Source of the DNA: Cladosporium halotolerans
Taxonomy: Eukaryota
DNA length: 64,000 nucleotides
Assembly: GCF_011745625.1 (NCBI RefSeq)
Contig: NW_027191482.1
Location: forward strand, 186,001 to 250,000
Reading direction: 5' to 3'
Below, in pieces: positions 1 through 12,591 of this stretch (position 1 is the stretch's first letter; each line of letters starts with the position of its first letter). The translations under genes and the position numbers were made by a program. The notes under the pieces are model-generated. The model made no database searches and was not told the DNA's origin. It worked only from the letters and a program-made list of their open reading frames with translations.

Positions 1-293
1 TGGGTGCTTTAGGAGAGGTGTGTGAAATTGTGTTCTAGAGATTGGCGTTGCCGCAGCCGCGCTGTAGAAAGCGGATAGATGTCCGAACAGACGAACAGAT
101 GAGCAAACATAGAGACGAGAGGAAAGATAAGAATAGATATGTGAAGAGCGCATGATTTGATCAGCGATGCCGTACTCTTTTTCAAAACCAGTGAGACAAA
201 CAAGACACAATGAAAGAGGTAATCTGCCCTGTAAAAAGCCATCGCCAGGACCCCATTCATGTCATCGTGTACCAACGAACGACTAAGTCTGGC

Positions 294-2723
294 TCACGAC
301 CTCATCAGGTTCGCAAACACGGTGACCTTCTCAACATCCAAGCCCTCTTTGCCGTTATCCCGCGAAGCGGCAACCTCGATCTCGATCCTGTTCACGCCTT
401 GCGCGAGGCTGCCCTCGTACATGTGCATCTTGAGAGAGCCGTCTCGCAGCGTGTCGAGCTGCGTCAAGCGGGTGCCGTTGACGAAGACGAACATCTTGTA
501 GGGACGCCCATAGCTCAGAGTCTTGGATACGACTGGGCAGATCTGGAGGAAGTAGTTGCTCGATGGGAGGCTCAGAGTTCGGGACTGCTGAGCGAGCGTC
601 GGGTGTGGCGGGATGGTAAGCTGAAGGGGCTTAGGGAGTTTCAGATGGGGATGCGTGGAGATGGTGACTTTAGGTAGCAGAGCGTCGGCTACCGAGTATG
701 TGCGGACTGGCGTCGGAGGAAGATATGCAGGCGCGGTGAACGTATAGCTGCTGACCGGTGGCTGCCCGTTAGGGTATGGGCTGCTGCTCGTGGGCCGGGC
801 GTTTGGTGGCGGCATCGAACCATCGGCTGCAACGCCGGCAGAAACTGCAGGGACTGCAGGGTTTACGGCTGGTGATTGGGATACCGCTTTTTCGAGTTTG
901 ACGGCCTCAGCTGGTAGACCAACAGCAACACCAGTCGATGGGCGGCCCTCTTCGGTTGCGGGAGCCTGCGAATTGGATCGCTTCATCCCGTTAACCGCAG
1001 GAGACTGGCGCTGCTCAGTTTGCTGACCACCGACACCGGCGGAAACCATCTGTCGTTGACGAGTAAGGGCGTCGTTGTCAACGGATACGGTTGCAGGTGA
1101 TGGCGAAGGTCGATTTTGTGATAGGTTGAGGGTGACCTTGGGCTTAGGACCGCCAAGCTTAATCTTCGTGTTTGGCTCTGGCACTTTCGATTTGGCGTCT
1201 TCGAGGAGTGATTTGAAGTGTTCCTTCATTCGATCATTAGTATAATGCAAACGTCGGATTCATCAAGTCACTTCTGGGCTTACCTCGAATTGGGTGGCGA
1301 GCTCAAACATCTCGCTGCCATCCTCATTGTAGTCTTTGGCGTTCCGCCAGATGAAGCTCACCATGTCTTCAAAAGCGTCCCATGTTTTAAAATCTGTGAC
1401 TCCAGTATATTCTTTCTTGCCATGTTCTCCGTTGATGCGCTTCCTCACACCCTTCAGAGAGACTGGGAACTTGATCACTTTGTAGTAGTCTTCCAACTTT
1501 CGTGAAGGTAGCTGTGCAAACGGTGTGAAGATCTCCAGGCCCCTAAATATTGTCAGTACGCTGACGAACACTGCTTATGCGGGTAAGGTACTCACTCGTC
1601 ATCAGTGTACTTCAGCAGGGCGTCTATGATGGTCTGTTGAGCGTCCTGGAAGCCCAGGCCGGTGAAGTTGACTCCACTCTCATGTTCGCCGTCGGTTCCG
1701 TTCTGCATGATAGAGGCTCGCCTATCAGGCGGCTCCGACGACGCAGCTGCTGTGGGTTTCCTTTGTCGGCTGGGAGTCTCAGTTGAACGCCCGTTGGCTC
1801 CATGCCCGTCAGTGCCACCATTTGCCCGTCGTTCTACGGCTTTGGGAATCGGTGTCGGGAAGCTTGTATAGTTGGAGTCCTCATTGTACGCAGGGTTGTG
1901 TTGTTTCATGTAGTTGTAGACAAGCTTGCGTATCCTCTCGGCGTCCTCGTAGATCTCGCTGTGGTTGTTGTTGTAGTCTTTCGCATTTTGTACCATGCGC
2001 TTGAAGTCACTTTCGACCTCGGTGACAGTCTTGTAGCCGCCGTCGTTCAGTTTGTCTTCAATAGTGTCGATTGCTATGGGCAGCTTGGTGAAATCGTAGT
2101 AGTCCGGCAGTTCATCGCGAGGAGGGAGCGTGAGGAATTGCGAAGCGATGAGGCGGCCACTGAAGAGTTTTGTCAGTCTGTGATGATGCAGGCAAACTAG
2201 TATTTGCGATATCGAGAGACTTACGACTTGTCTTGTGACTTTCTTAGGTTGTTGACCAGCTGCAGACCGACCTTCTGCGCCAGGGCTTCCCGACTGGATG
2301 CAGATGCCGGTGCGGGCGAGGGCACATCTCTGGTGTTCTGCAGACGAACATGTCAGTATCGCTGAACTCTGGCATCGCGCCCGGCGCAAGCGCATGAGCG
2401 GTGGTTGCAAGGCGGTCACGGTGGACCAGCGGAGCATGACGGAGGTGCCGTGTGTTGGTTCAAAGTCCAAGTCCAATGCTCCATCCCGTCGCGAGCTTCG
2501 TCTTCCCTTTCGCAACACACCACCACACCTCCCGTCACCTCCAACAGACATCGATCCCGTCACGCCGCTTGTCCGCAAACACTGCGCGCGCGCGCGCGAA
2601 CGAAGACTGCTGACGCCGCGCGAAGAGGGGGACACGTACCACCAGTTTGATCTTCTTGGTCGCGCTGCCGTCGTTGGCGGAGGGTGTCGCGTTGGCAGCT
2701 TTGCGCTTCCTGCTCGCGTCCAT
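294..2723 (-). CDS. Tandem-bromodomain chromatin remodelling protein (RSC4/polybromo-like), 5 exons
   Basis: Two bromodomain signatures (LPDYYDFTKLPIAIDTIEDKL...MVQNAKDYN; LEDYYKVIKFPVSL...IWRNAKDYN). Exon 1 is 2723-2640 (MDASRKRK...KLV) followed by a GTACGT donor. Exon 2 starts at 2337, and the later introns splice in frame to the 294..1250 ORF. Confidence 0.85.
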
Positions 2724-3213
2724 AGTCGCGCGGTCGGGCGGGCCCGATATATGGATAAATTCGGCGAATGCGATTCTGAGGCCACACGCGTGATGCGACG
2801 GCTGTGTTGACGCAAAGACGGTCCGATGTTATCTCCAACACCTTCCTTACCACGCCCACCCGATGGTAAAACACGCTGGCGCGATGTGACGATGCACGGC
2901 CCCTCTGTTCGGCAGACTTGCCCCACGAGCCAGCTTGAAGCCCCTCTCCCTATGAACTCCCTCAGCCTACCGAAGGTACAGTATAAGGGACCGAGTAGAG
3001 CAAATCTGCCTAGACGGATGAGATATGTTACCGTCATACAATTCTTTCTCCTGCTGAAGAGGCTTTCAGTAAGTTACTGTGAGCTCGACCCCAGATCTGT
3101 TTCGCAGTTAATTGCGCATCGGAGCGCTCTTGTCCACATCGCGTCCAACGACAAATATCGACTATCATATGATCGTAAGATACATCGAGAGTCGTGAAAA
3201 TCTACCCGATGCA

Positions 3214-5816
3214 TTATATACCCTCGTTGCCCCAGTCCGTGGGCGTACCACTCATCTCAAAGACAATTTTGCTTGCAGTCACAATCTCCGAATGCGTCAA
3301 AACCGGCTTCTCAACCCTCCTGCCATCGACCGTAAGACTCTTCACGAATGGCCACTTCGGAGCATTAGGAGCCCGAATGACTATCTCATGCTCCACGCCA
3401 CCCACACCCCCCGTGGCGACCCCCGCCGGCAGTCTGATCGTCACGTTCTCAAAGAACGGCGCCCCAACAACATACTTACTTCCCGCCGGATCTAAGGGAT
3501 AAAATCCCAGCGCCGAGAACACATACCACGCGCTCATCTGCCCCAAGTCCTCGTTCCCACTCAGCCCCGCCGCCGTCGCATTGTAATTGTCCGCCGCGAT
3601 CGCGCGTGTGAGGTTCTGCGTCGACGCCGGATAGCCCAGCGCCGCGTACAGGAACGGCGAGTGGTGCGAGGGCTCGTTCGAATGGTCATTCTGGCCCGAC
3701 GCGAAGTACTCGTCCAGCTTCGCCTTCAGTATCTCGCGGCCGCCGAGTAGATCTGCGAGCCCGCGCGGGTCGTGCGGGACCGCGAAGGTGTAAATCCACG
3801 CGTCGCCTTCCGTCCAGCCTTGCTCCGGGCCTGCCCAGGAGCCGTTGGCGTTGCGTGCTTCCATGAAGGTCGTGTTGGCGTTGTAGATGGTGCGGTAGTT
3901 GAGGCTGCGCTGCGCGAGTTTCTGAGCTGTTTCGTGGTCGCCGACGTGGGCGGCGACGATGGAAGCGGCGTGGTCGTCGAAGGCGTAGTCGAGGGTGCGG
4001 GAGGCGGATTCGGCCCATTGGTCATTTGGAACGTAGCCTTTCTCTAGGTAGGCGGTGAGACCTGCGCGCGCTTCGTCGGGCGTGTAGGGTTCGCGGTCGT
4101 AGTAGAGGAGCTCGGTGTCGTTGAGGGGAGGCTCGAAGGCGTTCTTTTTCACGGCCTCCCATGCTTTCGTGACGTTAAAGTCGGTGAAGTTGCGTTCGAG
4201 GGCGTTGGCAATCACGGCGTCGACGTGGGTGCCGATCATGATGTTCGTCTCGACGATGTTGGCCCACATGGGAAGGCGGCCGGACCAGTCGTATATGCGG
4301 AGGAGAGAGCGCATCATGCTATTGACGCGCTCCGGCGCGAAGAGAGTGAGGAGGCTGTGTTCGGCGCGGAATGTATCCTGCAGAAAGTCAACGATTGATA
4401 CATGTATTTCACAAAGCCGTGGTAACGAACCCAGATAGACCAGGATTGATACTAAGAGTCAGTTCCCTCCCTCACTCGATCGGTATAGCCCTCGTACCAG
4501 GTTCTCCGACCACCATGAATCGTTTCCAAGGGCTCTGAGAAATCCGATGGATATTGCAGCGCGTGGAAAACCCCTGTGTAGAAAATGGTTCTTTGATCGT
4601 GCTCCTTCGCCGTCTCGTTCACTCCTTCAATCTGGACCCGGCCGAGCTTCTCCAGCCATGCTTGCTTGAGCGTTTCAACGGCATCGTCAAAAGAAACCGA
4701 CGGAGGAGCTTCGATGTCAAGATTCCTCCGCGCCTGTTCAATGCTGACGAACGATACGCCCGTTCGGACTTCGACTCGATCGCATGAAGAACCAAACCGG
4801 ACCCAACCACCCAAGTGCTCACCTTTACCCTCTTTCACATTCTCATGCAGCTCACCGCCATAAGAGACACCGTAGGACTTAAATGGCTGCGAAAATCGCG
4901 AGACGAAGTAGCCGCTGAACCTGGGTGCACGATACGGTCCTAGAGCGTAGTCCTGTCGCTGCGGGTTCGTCCCGGAGACTTCTTGCGCCTCCGTATCAAT
5001 AGTAATGCTCCCCGTCCAGTTTTGCCGGGTTGCTTGAAGAAACACGTACGGCTCTTGGAGATCCTGATCGTCGCCTTGCTCAAAGTCGAACCGCAAATGC
5101 CCAACATGAGACGACGCGGTCATCGCCGCACGTATTTTGCTTCCACTGCTGCCGTTTCTTCGATCGTCATCGCCATCAATCGAAGCACTTTCCCTACCCG
5201 CACCCCTCAATCCCTCACCCAACCCCACCTCATCCCTCCTCACCCTCCCATTCGCGCCCTCCCTCACCACCTCCGGAACCTCCTGCCCACCCCCAGGCAC
5301 CGGCGAAAACCAACTCTCCATCAACTCCTCCCCGCCCACCTCACTCTCCCCCTCCAACACCACCGCATAAAGATAAGCCGTACTCTCCTCCCTCAGCACC
5401 CTCCTCCCCCTCTCCCCAAACCCCGCCCTCACACCCCCCGTCCCCGCCCCGAGGACGACCTGCCCGCTCTCGCCCATCCAAATCGCAGGCTGGTGCGTCG
5501 CTTGGAAGCCGTGGACGCGGACGTCCTGGGAGTGGTAGGGGCACTGCGAGATGAAGTTCTCGCGCGTCTGCGGCGTCCAACGCGTCATGGCGAAGGGCGG
5601 GGCGACGGAGGGGATCATGCCGCCGTTGGTGTTAGGTGTGGGGCCGGAGGTACCGATTAGGGGGTTTACGCGGTCGAGGACGCTGGGGGAGGTGTGGTGG
5701 GTGGGAGGTGAGAGGAAGGGGAGAGTGGCGAAGGTTAGGGCGCGCATGTTGCTGGGGGAGAGGAGGGAGGATAATTGATCGAAGATATCGCCGAGGGGCG
5801 ATTGGAGGAAGGACAT
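3214..5816 (-). CDS. Glycoside hydrolase family 92 alpha-1,2-mannosidase; contains an in-frame TAG at 4452-4454 (possible pseudogene)
   Basis: GH92 motifs VNPLIGT, PFAMTRWTPQT, HQPAIWMGE, WDTFRAEH, SRTLDYAFDD, WTEG, NEPSHH, GLSGNEDLGQMSAWYVFSALGFYP. Intron 4430-4378. Confidence 0.85.
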
Positions 5817-6179
5817 GGTGATGGCATTGGTGTCGGGATCTTATATGAACGACAAAGGTTGTCTGCAGGTCGCATCGTTGCGTGCAACCATGATCTGCAG
5901 TGCTGCTGATCGTTGCGTGCGGGGGATGTCGCATTGGAGGATTCTACCTTCGAGCTATAGATGCTGACAAACATTTATGCTCGGGTCTTCACGACCCGTG
6001 TATGAACTTCAAAGAAATGTAGTCTGAGGACATGGGTATAGTCCTACGCAGAGGCAGAAAGATCGCGTGAGAACGAATGAGCGTCTCTACTTTGTGGCAA
6101 ACGAACGAAAGCTTGCTGAAGTCACATCAATTAAATGATTAAAGCGCACATTGCGTATATGAATACTGATTCATCAAGT

Positions 6180-7541
6180 TTATGTATCCAAGGGCTCCTG
6201 CTTGATCTCCTTCTCAATCGATTCCGCGATGTTCTCAGGAGTCCATTCCTTCTTGACCAAGTCATCGCTCCCACTAGAGCTCGTGGAAAGATTGCTCGCT
6301 CTAGTCGTCAACGGCGAAGAAGCTTCAGGCGCAGCGTCCGTCATAGAAAGCCTGCTCATATGAACACCGGGCTTCTTCGGCCGCTTGACCGTGCCAGCAG
6401 AAGACGCCGAACTGCCTCTACGCCGTTCGACGTCGCCTGCTCGCCGGCTAGAAGGCCGGTCAGAGTCGGGCCCGGGTGTTGTCGAGCGAGAGGACGAGCG
6501 AGAGTGGGAACCGCTGCGGAGCATGCTCTCTCGCCGCCTCTTCTCTTTGGTGCGATCGAGCAGCTTCTCCTTCAACGCCAATCGCTCGTGCTCAAGCTGC
6601 CGTCTGGACTTCCCTCGGAAGATCCGCACGTTCTTCCACCCTCGCCATCCGGTCCGCCACAGCCAGCCGCCTTCTCTCTTTGCGATTTCCTTTTGCCTCG
6701 CTGAAACGACCTTCCGCAACTCCGCGCGCCTGGCGTTCTCTTTCTCCCAGTACTCCATGCGCCAATTCTCCCAACCCTCCCTGAAATCCGGACTGAAAGG
6801 CTTCGGAAGCAGCAACAGCTTCAGCACATCCCCCGCCGGCGCAAGATCCTCCTCCACAACCCCATGCCTCGCCGCATGCGAAGTCCAGTGCTCCTTCGGC
6901 GCCGTCGCCTCAATATCCTTCGGCACCGCCTGAAAATTGACCCGTTTGCTCTCCCCCCACCAGCCCGCCGTGAAATAACCAATCAGCTCGCGCAGAAACG
7001 ACTGCCGCACGATGATGATCTTGAGGTTGAACTGGCGCAGGCCGCGGTTCGTCGTGGACGTGAACTTGCGCGGCCAGCGGATGCCGCGGTCGTACAGTCC
7101 CGTGAAGTACACCAGGCACGCCGTCACGACGCCGCCGCCCCACGCGAGCTTGTAGGCCGTCTCGAGGACCCAGTAGACGCTGCCGCCCACGCCGGAGCCA
7201 TCTTCGCGCGGCCGGAAGTAGAGGAGGTAGGTGAAGGTTAGGACCCAGGCGATCAGTGCGGCTAGGAGGAGGAGGTGGAGGCGGAGCCTGGCACGGAGAC
7301 TGAGGTACTGGAGTCGTAGGGAGGATTCGAGGATCAACAGGTTCAGGTATATCTGCGGGGGTGAGGAAGGATGGCTGTCGCGTGGGTCGCTCGCGACGCT
7401 GGGCGGAGGCTGGGGCGCGGTGGGTGAGGGATTGTGGGAGCTCGCTTTGGCGGACTGGGCGATCTGAGTAGGAGAGATGTTGGGCGGCGGCTGGCCCTTC
7501 ACGAGCTGGTCGAGCTTAGCGTCCTCCGACGACGATGCCAT
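6180..7541 (-). CDS. SPO7: Spo7, regulatory subunit of the Nem1-Spo7 phosphatase
   Basis: IYLNLLILESSLRLQY motif, two hydrophobic segments, NRGLRQFN and LLLLPKPFSPDFREGWE. ATG at 7541 (MASSSEDAK). Confidence 0.85.
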   Translation of the reverse strand: MASSSEDAKLDQLVKGQPPPNISPTQIAQSAKASSHNPSPTAPQPPPSVASDPRDSHPSSPPQIYLNLLILESSLRLQYLSLRARLRLHLLLLAALIAWVLTFTYLLYFRPREDGSGVGGSVYWVLETAYKLAWGGGVVTACLVYFTGLYDRGIRWPRKFTSTTNRGLRQFNLKIIIVRQSFLRELIGYFTAGWWGESKRVNFQAVPKDIEATAPKEHWTSHAARHGVVEEDLAPAGDVLKLLLLPKPFSPDFREGWENWRMEYWEKENARRAELRKVVSARQKEIAKREGGWLWRTGWRGWKNVRIFRGKSRRQLEHERLALKEKLLDRTKEKRRRESMLRSGSHSRSSSRSTTPGPDSDRPSSRRAGDVERRRGSSASSAGTVKRPKKPGVHMSRLSMTDAAPEASSPLTTRASNLSTSSSGSDDLVKKEWTPENIAESIEKEIKQEPLDT

Positions 7542-7708
7542 GGCGGCGTTGAGAGGGCAGCGGCGGGCGAGGCGGGCGCGGTGAGGTGGTGCTGGTCCGT
7601 CGGCGTGCTGCAGGCTGGGCGTGGCCCGCAGCTCCCGTCTGCAACTGGCTGGCTGCTGTGCGTAGAGTCCCGTACCGTCCCTCAGAGCCTGTGCGGTGCG
7701 CCGCTCAA

Positions 7709-9743
7709 ATGTCTCGTACGTTCGGCCGCGGGCCAACCACGTGCTAAATCCGCGCGAGTCTCTGGCGGCTCGGAGCTCTGCCATCAAAGTCCGTGGGTTC
7801 CTGGCTGCGACCTCACGCCGTCGTCATGTGGGGAGACCCTCAACGCCGCCCTGCGCTGGCGCGAACACTACTGGCATGACTTCTGCCTGGTCCGCCACAA
7901 CCCCGACTCTTGACCGCTACAATACATAGCCTCGCCCGTGACACCCCTCCGTTCGCTCTCGACTGGCCCATACCGACTCAGTCGCCGTGACGGGCGACGC
8001 AGCAGCTCTTTCACCATTCCGCGATCCGCCTGGCGCTCGACTGGCGCATCGCTGTATGCCTTGCCGGTATCTTCGCGCTCGACCGTATTCCTCCCCGCCA
8101 CTCTCCCCGTCTCTTTCCTTTCGGTAGTCGCAGGACTGCGACACAATTCTACCATGGCTTCGGAATCCTCTCCAGACCTCCACGCCCAGACTCAAAAGCC
8201 GATGCTCGCCCGCCATCGCCAGGATGATCCGGCTGCCCGCGCCCAGGCCCAAAGCAAGGCTGGATACTTCCCACTCGGCTACAAAGAGGGCTTCTCGCAA
8301 TGGTGGGCAAGTCTGGCGCCCGCAGTGACCGAGCACAAGGTGCTGTCCTACATGCCCTACCTGCAGAAGCCGCCGACCCACACGCAGACCGGAAGCGCGC
8401 CAGCGAGCGTGAAGGGCATGAGCATCGACGACAACGAAGACCAGCAGGCCGACCCGGTGCGAACGACGAGCATCACGGACCCCTACGGACCCAGACAGTG
8501 GAACAGCGAGCTTGTGCAACTTGCCGGGAAAGCCAGAGCGCTGAACGAGTTCAGCGTCGTGCGGCCGGAGGAAAGCGTGGACAACAACCTGGTGATGCTG
8601 CACGGTTATGGCGCCGGGCTGGGCTTTTTCTACAAGAACTTTGAGGGCCTGTCGAGGCTGCCGAACTGGAAACTCTACGCGCTGGACATGCTGGGTATGG
8701 GCCGCAGCTCACGGCCCGCGTTTAAAATCCACGCGAAGGAGAGGGAAGACAAGATCAAAGAGGCCGAGAGCTGGTTCGTAGACGCTCTCGAGGAGTGGCG
8801 AGTCAAGCGCGGAATCGAAAAGATGACATTGCTCGGCCACTCGCTCGGCGGCTACATGGCCGTCGCCTACGCCCTCAAATACCCCGGCCACCTCAACAAG
8901 CTCATCCTCGCCTCCCCCGTCGGCATCCCCGAAGACCCCTACGCTGTCAACGAAGACTTACCCGAGCCCAACTCCAGTCAGATGCAGAACGAATTCACGC
9001 AGACGCAAGACGAAGCCATCGAAGGCGCCGCCGCCCCGGACAGGAACAACTTCCTCAACGCCCGCTCGAAAGAGCAAGCCGCGGATGAGAAGTCGAAGCC
9101 TCCGCCCCGCAAACTCCCCAAATGGCTCGTCACCCTCTGGGACGCCAACGTCTCCCCCTTCTCCCTCGTCCGCTACGCCGGGCCCCTCGGCCCCCGCCTC
9201 GTCAGCGGCTGGACCTCGCGCCGCTTCTCCCACCTCCCGCCCGACGAAGCCCAGGCCCTACACGACTACAGCTACTCGCTCTTCCGCCAGCGCGGCAGCG
9301 GCGAGTACGCGCTGGCGTACATCCTCGCGCCCGGCGCGTTCGCGCGCAGCCCGCTGATCCGCCGCATCCAGGGCGTCGGGCGGCAGTTCCTGGAGCAGCA
9401 CCGCAGCCCCACGCCCGATGGGGCGGCCTCGTCGTCGGCGCCTGCTGCCCGGTTGCGCGAAACGGGGGTCCCCGTCGTGCTGATGTACGGCGAGCACGAC
9501 TGGATGGACGTCGCGGGCGGGCACGCGGCGATGGAGAAGCTGAATGCGGAGAAGAGGCGGGCGCTGGCGGGCGCGAGCGAGGAGGAGAGGGCGCGGGAGA
9601 ACGGGCATGCGAAGGTGACGGTTATTCGGAAGGCGGGGCACCATGTTTATTTGGATGGGTGGGAGCAGTTTAATGAGGAGATGCTGGAGGAGATGAGGGA
9701 TGTGGAGAGGAGACAGAAGAGGTTGAGGGGTTTGGAGGGGTAG
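7709..9743 (+). CDS. Alpha/beta hydrolase of the CLD1/ABHD4-5 type (cardiolipin deacylase-like); starts at 7709 (spliced) or 8154
   Basis: HGYGAGLGFF, DMLGMGRSSRP, GHSLGG nucleophile elbow and C-terminal AGHHVYLD (HX4D). A strong-context ATG is at 8154; an upstream ATG at 7709 is joined in frame by predicted intron 7716-7929. Confidence 0.85.
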
Positions 9744-10081
9744 GGGGATCTGGCATTTTGGGGGATGTGTCGAGTTTGGGGGCACTTGATGCACAGCGCT
9801 GGCGTTTTTTGGGGGCAGATATCATCACTTGGGTTGCATTTTACAAAGAGGCCCATGGCGTGGGGTCGTAGATTATACAAGAGAATCCAAGACACATCAA
9901 CTGTGATCGTTTTAGCTTTTGTGTCCCATTCATTACTTGGTCATTGATGTGCGATATGGTCAATGGCGGCGTTCGTTGGATGGCAGCCGCGACGTGACCT
10001 AGGTGGAAATATTACTTTGCTTCGCAACAGATGTAATTTGTATAACTTATCTGTTCACAGTTTACGTCATCAATAAATCAC

Positions 10082-10162
10082 GCCGGCATGGCCCAGTGGC
10101 AAGGCGTCTCACTCGTATTTCAGGCGATGAGAAGATCCCTCGTTCGAATCGGGGTGTTGGCA
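10082..10162 (+). tRNA. tRNA-Thr(CGT) with 9-nt intron (10118-10126)
   Basis: Cloverleaf: acceptor GCCGGCA/TGTTGGC+A, D arm GCC..GGC, anticodon stem TCTCA/TGAGA with loop CT-CGT-A[intron]A, T arm CCTCG-TTCGAAT-CGGGG. A T-rich tract follows. Confidence 0.93.
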
Positions 10163-11356
10163 TTCTTCTTTTGCGCCTTGTGATGGTCAGAGGTCCAAGC
10201 CAGCTTTTTTCTAGTGCGCTGGACAAAGGCAACTCGCCGCCAGTCGAACTTTGGCTGAACAACAGGAGACAAACTGGCATGAATGTTCAGATCCCTGTCA
10301 CAAGTGGTGGAATATTTTGGGTGGAATGATTTACTGCTTGTGAATCTTTGTTCAACTTTGTTGACAATTATTCGATATTGCCGACGATTGTGCATCGTTG
10401 TGATCCGTTCACACTGCAGTGTTATGCAGCATAGGGTCTCATCAACTCCAACCTGTTCAGGTTAGAGCTCTACAAGTTGGTGAGATCCTCCCAGAAGATT
10501 AGCTCCGTGAAAATGGCATCACACAATTTTACCGGTTCTCTCATGTCAAAATGTTACTTAGACATTCTCACGAGCAGTTTCCCTCTCCGGTTCTAGTCAC
10601 TGTACGAACGAGTCGTGGAGACGTTTCGAATCAAGCCAAAAAATCCGCCTAATCATCCGACGAGTCAGATCGGTCTGAGGATTCAAATGACGTTCAGGCG
10701 GAGTTGAATCCCAGGTACTTGGCACATTGCGACAGGTCACTATACATGCAAGTAGTAAAGTAAAAGAGATAGGCGGCATTCAGGCAAAAATCGTGTTCTG
10801 CTGATCACAGCCATGATTGGACAGCCACCCAAGCTAGGGAGTTCTCGGTCCAGCGACAGACCGCACTTCGTGCAACATCCACTCCTAGAAGGCAAGTGCA
10901 ACACACCTGCTGACAGGCACTCAGTTTAGGGAATAGCCTCGGACCGCCTGTAGAAATCAGGCTGCTGGATGGTCAGCCTGATGTGCGGGGCACTGCCATT
11001 CATACCCTCGCCCCCATCTACACAGACCCGCAACTTAGAATCATGCGCATACCGCACTGCCTCGGGCAAGGCGTGGATTGAGCTTTCCCCGCCTGAAGCA
11101 ACAGGACGAGAGTCTCTGCGCTAGAGACTCTCTGCGCTACCTCCACGGCCTCTTGGACGGATCAGTCATCATTCACCGCGCTCACGTGAAAGACAGGACG
11201 GTAATTTCCTTCGCCCGAGCTTGGCCATATAGACTGGCTGTAATAGCCACCACCGGACTCATCCGCTCAGCAAAGACTTCCGCCTGACTACTCCTGCCAG
11301 ATAGCAGAATCGCTTCTAGCGAAGTTGCACTTCATCAAAAGGGTTGGCGCCAAGAA

Positions 11357-11749
11357 GGCTAGTATTAGCGTCCAGGGGGTGGCCTTGAAGACGAATTAAC
11401 CGAGGCGCAAGGTACACGCTCGAGACTATGAAAACGGCATAAGGCTTACAACCACGGCTATTAGTAGCATCCGAGCTGCCAATCAGGGCGTACCCTTGTG
11501 AATCAGTCGTCCACACACGATCTGGATAATACCGGGGATTAACACGGAGCGTTCTGAGGCTCTCGTGAGCATATTCAGAGATGAACCTCCTGGAACGGAG
11601 CATCCACGTCCGGTATGGCCTAGCCAGCAAAGTCGTAGCCCAGCACAAGATCCAACGCCAATGCCAACCATCTCCGTTAGCCATGATCTATCACTTCAGG
11701 CTCAATTGAAACAGAAGAGCGCATTGCTTGCTGTCGACGACACTATATA
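11357..11749 (+). promoter_or_regulatory. Xylanase promoter: XlnR/Xyr1-type GGCTAR sites, CreA-like SYGGRG, TATA
   Basis: GGCTAG 11357-11362, CTAGCC 11620-11625, TTAGCC 11677-11682, CCGGGG near 11532, TATATA 11744-11749 (100 bp before the ATG). Confidence 0.6.
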
Positions 11750-11750
11750 G

Positions 11751-12591
<841 letters not shown>

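Noticed and set aside
2724..3037. N-terminal part of the 481-aa ORF 1592..3037
   Set aside because: The frame runs through promoter and introns. The spliced model starting at 2723 has proper splice signals and a sensible N-terminus.
4983..5660. Pro/His-rich + strand ORFs
   Set aside because: They are a by-product of the C-rich skew arm opposite the GH92 coding strand.
7938..7940. GTG as a non-AUG start for the CLD1-like gene
   Set aside because: An ATG micro-exon at 7709 with canonical splice signals explains the extension more simply, though GTG use is not excluded.
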